DNA of 64,000 nucleotides from Paracoccaceae bacterium (GTDB lineage Bacteria; Pseudomonadota; Alphaproteobacteria; Rhodobacterales; Rhodobacteraceae): NCBI GenBank assembly GCA_007692585.1, contig REBU01000105.1, positions 197 to 64,196 of the forward strand, read 5' to 3'. Shown piece by piece: positions 56,632 to 64,000 of this stretch (position 1 is its first letter; each line of letters starts with the position of its first letter). The notes under the pieces were generated by a model. It saw only the letters and a program-made list of their open reading frames with translations, ran no database searches and was not told where the DNA came from. The position numbers and the translations under genes were made by a program.

Positions 56632-56919
56632 ATGATCATCAACCACCCCCTGCTCGGCCCTTGCGACGCGCAGGAATTCATCTACAAAGGCGACGCGCGC
56701 CTGATCGACCGCCCCGATGGCATGAGTGACGGCGCCGAGGCCGCTTTCTACGACTACGCCTACCTGCGCGACAACCCTGCCGGGGAACATCGCGAATTGT
56801 GGTTTCACGAACAGGGCGACCGCTCCTGGCTCGTCGTCACCCGCAACACCCTGACGCATGAAATCACATCGGTCGAGCTCGCCCGCGACGTCGCCCGCAG
56901 CCGGGGGCGCAGCGCATGA
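56632..56919 (+). CDS. soxD: sarcosine oxidase, delta subunit
   Basis: 95 aa, MIINHPLLGPCDAQEFIYKGDA..., in the conserved soxBDAG position. Confidence 0.85.
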   Translation: MIINHPLLGPCDAQEFIYKGDARLIDRPDGMSDGAEAAFYDYAYLRDNPAGEHRELWFHEQGDRSWLVVTRNTLTHEITSVELARDVARSRGRSA

Positions 56920-59861
56920 GGCTCCCGTCCGGCGGCCAGATCGACCGCACGCAAAAACTCAGCTTCCGCTTCGACGGGCAGTATTACAAGGGCCATCCCG
57001 GCGACACACTGGCTTCCGCGCTGATGGCCAATGGCGTTCGGCTGATGGGGCGGTCGTTCAAATACCACCGCCCGCGCGGCGTGCTGACCGCAGGCAGCGC
57101 CGAGCCGAATGCGCTGGTCGCGCTGCGCACCGGCGGGCGGCAGGAACCCAACACCCGCGCCACCACCATAGAGCTGTTCGACGGCTTGCAGGCGTTTTCG
57201 CAAAACGCCTGGCCGAGCCTGCGCTTTGATGCGCTCGCAATCAATGACCGGCTGTCGAATTTCCTGACCGCAGGCTTTTACTACAAGACCTTCATGTGGC
57301 CCGCGGCCTTCTGGGAAAAGCTCTATGAGCCGCTCATCCGCCGCGCCGCAGGTCTGGGCGCGATCACCACCAAGCCTGACCCCGACGCCTATGACAAGGG
57401 CTTTGTGCATTGCGATATCCTGATCATCGGCGCAGGCCCTGCCGGGCTGATGGCGGCGCTGACCGCCGGGCGCGCAGGCGCGCGGGTGATCCTGGCTGAT
57501 GAAGACAGCCGCATGGGCGGCCAGCTCAATTCCGAGCGTTTCGCCATCGCCGACATGACCGCCCCCGACTGGGCCGCGCAGATCCTCGCGGAACTCAGCA
57601 CCCGGCCCAATGTCCGGCTCATGTCCCGCACAACCGTTTTCGGGGCCTTCGATCACGGCATTTATGGCGCGGTCGAGCGCGTCAGCGACCACCTGCCCCG
57701 CCCGGCCCAAGGCAAGCCGCGCCAGATCCTCTGGCGGATCTATTCGCGCCGCGCGATCCTCGCGACCGGCGCGCTGGAGCGCCCCATCGCCTTCGCCAAT
57801 AATGACCGCCCCGGCATCCTGAACGCAGGCGCGTTGCGCAGCTATGCGAACCGTTGGGCCGCCGCGCCCGCTGACACAGTCGCCGTCTTCACCAACAATG
57901 ACGACGGCCACCGCACAGCGGCTGACCTCATGGCGCAGGGCATCACCGTCGCCGCGCTGATCGACACCCGCGCGGACGCGCCCACGCTGCCCGGTGTCGA
58001 ATGTCTCGCAGGCGCGCAGGTCATCGACACGACCGGGCGGCTGGGGCTGAACAGCGTCACCGTGCGGCTGGCGAATGGCCGCACGCGCAAACTGAAGGTC
58101 GGCGCGCTCGGCGTCTCGGGCGGCTGGAACCCCAATCTGGCGCTAAGCTGCCACCAGCGCGGGCGGCCACGCTGGGATGACACCATCGCCGCTTTCGTGC
58201 CCACGGCCGACCTGCCCCCCGGCATGTCCGTCGCAGGGGCCGCCGAGGGGCAATTCAGCACCCATGCCGCGCTCAGCACCGGGGCCGCGCGCGCCACGCA
58301 GGCGCTGGCGGATCTCGGGCGCATCGCCACGCCCCCCGATCTGCCACAGACCGAAGACACGCCCAGCCGCATCACCCCCTTCTGGCATGTGACAGGCGAC
58401 AAACGCGCCTGGCTCGACTTCCAGAATGATGTGACCGTCAAGGACGTGAAACTCGCCCATCAGGAAGGCTTCCGCGCGGTCGAGCATCTCAAACGCTACA
58501 CCACGCTCGGCATGGCGACCGATCAGGGCAAGTCCTCGAATATGGGCGGGCTTGCGGTCATGGCGGAACTGACCGGCCAGAGCATCGCGCAGACCGGCAC
58601 GACCATCTTCCGCCCGCCCTACACGCCCGTCGCGCTGGGTGCGCTGGCGGGCCGCTCGACCGGGCAGGACTTCCGCCCCCGCCGCCTGACCCCCAGCCAC
58701 ACTTGGGCCACGGAACAGGGCGCGGTCTTTGTCGAGGTGGGCCTGTGGATGCGCGCGCAATATTTCCCCCGCGCGGGCGAAAAGACCTGGCGCGAGACAG
58801 TGGATCGCGAGGTGCTGGCCACCCGCGCCTCGGTCGGTGTCTGTGATGTGACGACGCTCGGCAAGATCGACGTGCAGGGCCGCGATGCCGCCGAATTCCT
58901 GAACCGCATTTATTGCAACGGCTTTGCCAAGCTTGCCGTGGGCCGCGTCCGCTACGGGCTGATGCTGCGCGAAGACGGCATCGCCTTTGACGATGGCACC
59001 GCCGCGCGTCTGGCCGAGGATCATGTCGTCGTCACCACCACCACCGCCAATGCTGTCGCCGTCTATCGCCACATGGAATTCGCCCGCCAATGCCTCTGGC
59101 CGGATATGGATGTGCAGCTCATCTCCACGACCGAGGCCTGGGCGCAATATGCCATCGCGGGCCCCAATTCCCGCAAGCTGCTGCAAAAGCTCGTCGATCC
59201 GGGCTTTGATATCTCGAATGACGCCTTCCCCTTCATGGCCTGCACCGAGATCACGGTCTGCAACGGCTGCCCCGCGCGGCTGTTCCGCATCTCGTTTTCC
59301 GGCGAACTCGCCTATGAACTCGCGGTGCCCACCCGCTACGGCGACGCGCTGATGCGCCGGATCATGGCGGCGGGGGCCGAATTTGACTTGACCCCCTATG
59401 GCACGGAAGCGCTTGGCGTGATGCGCATCGAGAAGGGCCACGCGGCAGGTAATGAGCTCAATGGCCAGACCACGGCGCTCAATCTCGGGATGGGACGGAT
59501 GGTCAGCACCAAGAAAGACAGCATCGGCGCGGTGCTCTCACGGCGCGAGGGGCTGAACACGCCTGACGCGCTGCGGCTCGTGGGGTTTCGCCCCAAGAAC
59601 CCGAAAGCGCGTATCCCCGCAGGTGCGCATCTTCTGGCCAAGGGCGCGCAGATGCTTGCAGCCAATGATCAGGGCTATGTCACCTCGGCCTGCTATTCGC
59701 CCTGCCTGCAAACCCATATCGCCATCGGCTTTCTGAAGGACGGCGCGGCGCGCATGGGCGAGAGCTTACGCGCGGTCAGCCCGCTGACGGGCGAGGATAT
59801 CGAGGTCGAGATCGTCTCGGCGCATTTCATTGATCCAGAGGGAGAACGCCTCCGTGCATGA
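56916..59861 (+). CDS. soxA: sarcosine oxidase, alpha subunit
   Basis: 981 aa. N-terminus FRFDGQYYKGHPGDTLASALMANG; Rossmann motif DILIIGAGPAGL; C-terminal GcvT-like folate-binding domain. Confidence 0.9.
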   Translation: MRLPSGGQIDRTQKLSFRFDGQYYKGHPGDTLASALMANGVRLMGRSFKYHRPRGVLTAGSAEPNALVALRTGGRQEPNTRATTIELFDGLQAFSQNAWPSLRFDALAINDRLSNFLTAGFYYKTFMWPAAFWEKLYEPLIRRAAGLGAITTKPDPDAYDKGFVHCDILIIGAGPAGLMAALTAGRAGARVILADEDSRMGGQLNSERFAIADMTAPDWAAQILAELSTRPNVRLMSRTTVFGAFDHGIYGAVERVSDHLPRPAQGKPRQILWRIYSRRAILATGALERPIAFANNDRPGILNAGALRSYANRWAAAPADTVAVFTNNDDGHRTAADLMAQGITVAALIDTRADAPTLPGVECLAGAQVIDTTGRLGLNSVTVRLANGRTRKLKVGALGVSGGWNPNLALSCHQRGRPRWDDTIAAFVPTADLPPGMSVAGAAEGQFSTHAALSTGAARATQALADLGRIATPPDLPQTEDTPSRITPFWHVTGDKRAWLDFQNDVTVKDVKLAHQEGFRAVEHLKRYTTLGMATDQGKSSNMGGLAVMAELTGQSIAQTGTTIFRPPYTPVALGALAGRSTGQDFRPRRLTPSHTWATEQGAVFVEVGLWMRAQYFPRAGEKTWRETVDREVLATRASVGVCDVTTLGKIDVQGRDAAEFLNRIYCNGFAKLAVGRVRYGLMLREDGIAFDDGTAARLAEDHVVVTTTTANAVAVYRHMEFARQCLWPDMDVQLISTTEAWAQYAIAGPNSRKLLQKLVDPGFDISNDAFPFMACTEITVCNGCPARLFRISFSGELAYELAVPTRYGDALMRRIMAAGAEFDLTPYGTEALGVMRIEKGHAAGNELNGQTTALNLGMGRMVSTKKDSIGAVLSRREGLNTPDALRLVGFRPKNPKARIPAGAHLLAKGAQMLAANDQGYVTSACYSPCLQTHIAIGFLKDGAARMGESLRAVSPLTGEDIEVEIVSAHFIDPEGERLRA

Positions 59862-60408
59862 TCTGGCCCCCCTGACCGCGCTGGGAACAACGCGCCCGCG
59901 TCAAGACACCATCGGCCCGCTTACGATCTCTGAGGCCCCGGACTGGGCGCTGGCTTCGGTCGCGGCGCGGCTGGAACAGGAACGCGCCTGCGCTGATGCA
60001 CTGGCGGGGCTGCTCGGCGGCCCCGCCCCCGGCATCGCGCAGCATGTGCAAGGCGCGGAGCTTGGCGCCTTCTGGATCGGCCCGCATATCTGGCTGATCG
60101 AGGCCCCCTACACGCCTGACCTCGCCCAGCGCGTCAAATCCGCCTGCGGGGGCAGCGCCAGCGTGACCGACCAGACCGACGCCTGGGTGCGGTTCGATCT
60201 GACCGGCGGCGGGATCGTGGCGGTGATGGAACGGCTCAGTAATCTTGACATCGCGCAGATGCAGCCAGCACAGGCGCGGCGCACGGTGATCGAGCATCTG
60301 GGCTGCTATGTGATCCGCCACGCCGACAGCCTGACGATCTACGGCCCGCGCGCCTCGGCGCAGAGCCTGCATCACGCGCTGGTCACGGCTGCGAAATCGG
60401 CACTGTAA
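59854..60408 (+). CDS. soxG: sarcosine oxidase, gamma subunit
   Basis: In-frame GTG at 59854, preceded by GGAGAA (59841-46), overlaps the soxA stop. The ORF-track start at 59830 is a TTG. Assigned by its position after soxA. Confidence 0.75.
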   Translation: MHDLAPLTALGTTRPRQDTIGPLTISEAPDWALASVAARLEQERACADALAGLLGGPAPGIAQHVQGAELGAFWIGPHIWLIEAPYTPDLAQRVKSACGGSASVTDQTDAWVRFDLTGGGIVAVMERLSNLDIAQMQPAQARRTVIEHLGCYVIRHADSLTIYGPRASAQSLHHALVTAAKSAL

Positions 60409-61441
60409 GCGGCTGGGAACTTGGCAGAGGCGCATTGTCGCGCACGCGGAACATATTGATCTTGCGGCGATCTTCCTCGGGCGTCAGCCCGTGGCATTCG
60501 ACATAGCGCGCGCGAAAGGGACTGGTCGAGGCATAGCCGATCGCTTCCGCAATCTCGCGCATCGAGCGATTGGAATAGAGCACCAACTGCCGCGCCGCGG
60601 CCATGCGCATGTTGCGGTAATAGATCAGCGGGCTCTTGCCCGTCGCCTTCTTGAAAAGCCGCTCCAGATGCCGCGGCGAAATCCCCACCTGCTCGCAGAT
60701 ATCCGCCACATGGATCGGATCGTCCAGATTTTCCGACATCAGCCGCACCGCCCGCGCAAGCGGTTCGGGCAGCATGTCGGCAGTGACAGCCACACGCGGC
60801 GCAGGGACTTTCTGGCGCACGCCCTCGCCGCGCACCAGCGGATGCTGGAACCAGCAGGCGACTTCGGTCATTACATCCGCGCCCAGCCGCTTGTCGATCA
60901 GCATCAATGCCAGATCGAAGGCCGCCGCCGCGCCTGACACGGTGATCCGCCGCCGGTCGAGCGTGATCACCTCGTCACGCATCGCCAGATCCGGGAATTC
61001 ATCCGCGAACGCCGCCGCATAGCACCAATGCACCGACGTCGCATGCCCGGCCATCACGCCCGAGCGCGCCAGCGGAAACACGCCCCCGCTGATCGCGCCA
61101 AGGATCGTGCCGTGGCGCTCCATCGCGCGCAGCGCCCCAAAACTCTGGCGCGGGCTCTCGAAACTGGCATCGGGCGGGCTGAGCAGGATCAGATAATCCA
61201 CATCCCGCGCCGACCCCAGATCGCAGCTCGGGTGAAACCGCACCAGCGCGCTGCTATCCACAGGCGCGCCCGTCTCGGAGATCAGCGTCCAGCGAAACGC
61301 GCCCCGGCCTGAAATCTCATTGGCCGCGCGCAAAGGCTCGATGATCGAGGTCAGACAGGCCATCGGGAAGCCCGGCAGGATCAGAAACCCCAGATGGATA
61401 TTTTCATTTCGGGTGCTGCGATTTATACTCTCATGAAACAT
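60383..61441 (-). CDS. GlxA-family (DJ-1/PfpI-like N-domain + AraC HTH) transcriptional regulator, GbdR/SouR-like
   Basis: Start at MFHESINRS. The N-terminal part is GATase1-like (LGFLILPGFPMACLTS). The C-terminal AraC HTH reads ICEQVGISPRHLERLFKK...IAEAIGYASTSPFRARY. Confidence 0.8.
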   Translation of the reverse strand: MFHESINRSTRNENIHLGFLILPGFPMACLTSIIEPLRAANEISGRGAFRWTLISETGAPVDSSALVRFHPSCDLGSARDVDYLILLSPPDASFESPRQSFGALRAMERHGTILGAISGGVFPLARSGVMAGHATSVHWCYAAAFADEFPDLAMRDEVITLDRRRITVSGAAAAFDLALMLIDKRLGADVMTEVACWFQHPLVRGEGVRQKVPAPRVAVTADMLPEPLARAVRLMSENLDDPIHVADICEQVGISPRHLERLFKKATGKSPLIYYRNMRMAAARQLVLYSNRSMREIAEAIGYASTSPFRARYVECHGLTPEEDRRKINMFRVRDNAPLPSSQPLTVPISQP

Positions 61442-61496
61442 CTTGCACGCCTTTCGCCCGAAATGGGGATTGCGGGTCACGGTTCAAGGAGAAATC

Positions 61497-62159
61497 ATGC
61501 CACAGCCGATCACGCAAAGCGAGGTGAGCGAACGCAAGGCGCGGCTCAATCAGGATCCGCACCGGCTGCGCGAAGAGCGCGAGAATGTCCTTGAAGTCGC
61601 GATTGGCCGCGAAGTCCGCGCCTTCCGGCGGCAGAAAAACATCACGGTGTCCGAACTGGCCAACCGCACGGGCCTGTCCATCGGGATGCTGTCGAAGATC
61701 GAGAACGGCAACACCTCGCCCTCGCTGACCACGCTTCAGACGCTGGCCCATGCGCTCAGCGTGCCGCTGACCTCGTTCTTTCGCGGCTTTGAGGAGCATC
61801 GCGAGGCGGTGCATACCCGCGCGGGCGAAGGCGTGGAAATCGAGCGCGCGGGCACGCGGGCGGGGCATCAATACAACCTGCTCGGCCATATCGGGGCCAA
61901 TGCCAGCGGCGTCATGGTCGAACCCTATCTGATCACGCTGAGCACCGAGGCCGATATTTTCCCCACCTTCCAGCATGGCGGTATCGAGACGATCTACATG
62001 CTCGAAGGCGAGCTTCTCTATCGCCATAGCGACCGGCTCTACCATCTGCGCCCCGGCGACACGCTGTTTTTCGACGCGGATGCGCCGCACGGCCCCGAGG
62101 GCCTCGAAAAGCTGCCCGCGCGCTACCTGTCGATCATCGCCTATCCGCAAAACGGCTGA
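61497..62159 (+). CDS. XRE-family HTH regulator with C-terminal cupin domain
   Basis: Start at MPQPITQSE, with RBS AAGGAG at 61486-91. HTH region ITVSELANRTGLSIGMLSKIENGNTSPSLTTLQTLAHAL; cupin region GDTLFFDADAPHGP. Confidence 0.8.
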   Translation: MPQPITQSEVSERKARLNQDPHRLREERENVLEVAIGREVRAFRRQKNITVSELANRTGLSIGMLSKIENGNTSPSLTTLQTLAHALSVPLTSFFRGFEEHREAVHTRAGEGVEIERAGTRAGHQYNLLGHIGANASGVMVEPYLITLSTEADIFPTFQHGGIETIYMLEGELLYRHSDRLYHLRPGDTLFFDADAPHGPEGLEKLPARYLSIIAYPQNG

Positions 62160-62160
62160 C

Positions 62161-63228
62161 CTATCTCTGCAGCGGGGGTTCGGTATCCAGATCCGGCCAG
62201 ATACCCGGCGATGTGGGCAATCCGTCATCATATTGCGCCAGATACTCCAGAATCATGGGCCGGTTGCGGATAAAGCCCTTATAGGTCGCCAGTTCCTCGG
62301 GCAGATCGCGGATCACCCGGTGCAACCGGCGGCCCCATTTCGGCACCGTCACCAGATCCTCCAATGCGATCAGATAGCAGCGGATCGGAAAAACCAGCGC
62401 ATTCGAGCGCGGCAGGCGGTAAAAAGTCTGCAATTCCACCCGCAGATGCTGCTTGCGGCCCAGATTGTCGGGCGTCAGCGTTGTCTTCTGCACGCCCCAT
62501 TTGTGGTAATTCTCGGGGCTGGTATCCAGCAGCGGATTGACCGTCATCGTCCAGTTCAGCCGCCGCGCCGGGCTGCCTTGCTGGATGTTCAGCAGGAATT
62601 TGAGCGCCCGCTTGAACACGCCCATTTCATGCGCCAGCGGCACTGGCGCGTGCCATTCGAAGAAATTCATCCCGATGTCGAAATCGAGCGACCAATCGGC
62701 CTGTGTCGTGACCATGCCCGCGTCCATCCACAGGTTGTTCTCGCGCTGGTCGAGCAGCGCGTAATCGCCCTGCGCCTGCCGGGTGATGTATTCCATCGGC
62801 CCGTAAGGCAGGCTGGCGTCGTCCATGAAGGTGAAACTGTCATCAATGCCCAAGGGCTTGTTGATCCAGCGCCATTTGTCACCTTTGCGATGCAGCTCGA
62901 ACAGGTCCGGGTAATCCTCGGATTTGCTGACCATGATCAGTTCCAGCAAGTCCCAGCCCGCCAGCGTCATATGCGGCAGCGACTGGCAGCGCAGCGGGTC
63001 TTCGGCCAGGACCAGCGCCCGGTCGCGCATTTCCGAAATATAGTGCTCATCCACATCGAAACGCTTTTCAAACACGGACCCCGCAGGCCCGCCGCGATGC
63101 TGCTCCATATTGACCGAATACATGTAGCTGTCCTCATGGAACGGAAACGGAAAGCGCCTGATCGCCCATTCCGAGTTGCGGAAAGTGTAATCGTCGCGGA
63201 AGGTCTCGTCATTGAACTGGATGGTCAT
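62161..63228 (-). CDS. DUF3445 protein, heme-dependent oxidative N-demethylase alpha-subunit-like (possible methylamine demethylase/monooxygenase component)
   Basis: 355 aa, MTIQFNDETFRDDYTFRNSEW...GDYALLDQRENNLWMDAGMVTTQADWSLDFDIGMNFFEWHAPVP. Paired with a PDR-type reductase gene immediately upstream. Confidence 0.6.
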   Translation of the reverse strand: MTIQFNDETFRDDYTFRNSEWAIRRFPFPFHEDSYMYSVNMEQHRGGPAGSVFEKRFDVDEHYISEMRDRALVLAEDPLRCQSLPHMTLAGWDLLELIMVSKSEDYPDLFELHRKGDKWRWINKPLGIDDSFTFMDDASLPYGPMEYITRQAQGDYALLDQRENNLWMDAGMVTTQADWSLDFDIGMNFFEWHAPVPLAHEMGVFKRALKFLLNIQQGSPARRLNWTMTVNPLLDTSPENYHKWGVQKTTLTPDNLGRKQHLRVELQTFYRLPRSNALVFPIRCYLIALEDLVTVPKWGRRLHRVIRDLPEELATYKGFIRNRPMILEYLAQYDDGLPTSPGIWPDLDTEPPLQR

Positions 63229-63240
63229 GGCATTCCCCCG

Positions 63241-64000
63241 TTAGCGGTCGAGCACCAGTGTCTTGCCCGCAAAGCGGCTGACACAGGGCATGATCTTCTC
63301 GCCACTGGCGCGCGCGTCGTCTTCGAGCCAGTGATCATTGTGCAGAATGGTGCCGTCATGGCGGATCACACGCGTCTCGCATTGCCCGCAGGCACCCCCT
63401 CGGCACAGGTAAGGCGCATCGACGCCCGCGCGCTCGATGGCTTCCAGCAGGCTTTCATGTTCGCCCACCTGCACGGTCTTGCCCGACGCCGCCAGTTCCA
63501 CCGCGAAAGGCGCCCCCGATTGGGGTGCCAGAAATTCCTCGTAATGCACTACGGCTTCCGGCCAGCCCAGATCCGCGGCCGTGCCCCGCACCCAGTCGAT
63601 CATCCCGCGCGGCCCGCAGACATAGAGATGCGTGCCCGGCGGCTGACCGCGCAGCAGATCCCCCAACGGAATGCGCTGCCCCGCGTCGTCGTGATAGACC
63701 TTCACATGCGCCGGGTGGCGCGCGGTCAGATCATCACCGTAGCTCGCCAAGGCGGCAGAGCGCACTGCATAATGCAGCTCGAACCGGCCCGAGAGCCGCT
63801 CCAACTGCCGGATCTGCGACAAAAACGGCGTGATCCCGATCCCGCCTGCAAACATAAGATGTTTCTTCGCCGTCAGGTCCAGCGCGAACAGGTTGACCGG
63901 GAAGCTGATCACCATCCGGTCGCCCACCTGCACCTTGTCATGCATGAAGACCGAGCCCCCGCGCCCCTGATCATCGCGGCGCACTGATATGGCGTAATGC
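63241..64000 (-). CDS. PDR/VanB-family oxidoreductase (FMN/NAD-binding + C-terminal 2Fe-2S ferredoxin), 5' end beyond window
   Basis: FAGGIGITPFLSQIRQL...LYVCGPRGMI, with the plant-type ferredoxin motif CRGGACGQCETRV near the C-terminus. The reading frame stays open to the window edge. Confidence 0.8.
   Translation of the reverse strand, partial: HYAISVRRDDQGRGGSVFMHDKVQVGDRMVISFPVNLFALDLTAKKHLMFAGGIGITPFLSQIRQLERLSGRFELHYAVRSAALASYGDDLTARHPAHVKVYHDDAGQRIPLGDLLRGQPPGTHLYVCGPRGMIDWVRGTAADLGWPEAVVHYEEFLAPQSGAPFAVELAASGKTVQVGEHESLLEAIERAGVDAPYLCRGGACGQCETRVIRHDGTILHNDHWLEDDARASGEKIMPCVSRFAGKTLVLDR

Overview
This is a high-G+C chromosomal window; G+C was judged by eye, not computed. Gene content suggests an alphaproteobacterium, probably Rhodobacterales-like (inference from obg-proB-proA, ruvCAB, pcs, DUF1127, tmm, soxBDAG).

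The left flank (1-8870) carries proA (partial), proB, obg, a YjgR/DUF853 ATPase, an IalB-like secreted protein, an ALDH7-type aldehyde dehydrogenase and a small SH3 lipoprotein.

The centre (9092-38942, minus strand, about 29.9 kb) is a single 19-gene operon, largely translationally coupled. It encodes a complete phage-tail-like contractile injection system of the Afp/PVC (eCIS) type:
- sheath, tube, a Cys4 protein and a Pro/Ala-rich putative tape measure
- a DUF4255 cap and an Afp15-like AAA+ ATPase
- two DUF4157 (eCIS core domain) proteins, one of them 2470 aa, which I read as cargo or effector candidates
- tube initiator, LysM protein, gpD-like hub, gp5/gpV spike and PAAR-like tip
- gp25, three large wedge proteins and a terminal DUF6519 protein

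The cluster has no capsid, terminase, integrase, lysis or T6SS membrane-complex genes.

The right flank (39589-64000) is housekeeping plus a methylated-amine catabolic neighbourhood. The housekeeping genes are ruvB/A/C, DUF1127, prmA, msrA, priA, tal, DUF484-xerC, pcs, hbd, mtgA, gst and queG. The catabolic genes are tmm, soxBDAG, a GbdR/SouR-like regulator, an XRE-cupin regulator and a DUF3445 N-demethylase-like gene with a PDR-type reductase.

Non-coding observations:
- a candidate anti-Shine-Dalgarno sRNA with an intrinsic terminator at about 5079-5150
- an 18-bp perfect inverted repeat enclosing a GGGGTGGGTGGGTGGG G-quadruplex motif at 3345-3402
- a 26-bp-stem hairpin at 43811-43869
- a 646-bp regulatory region upstream of the sheath gene, with a sigma70-like promoter candidate, a palindrome and a C9 tract

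I saw no rRNA, tRNA, CRISPR array or IS element. All family assignments come from motif recognition by eye and need HMM or structure searches to confirm.
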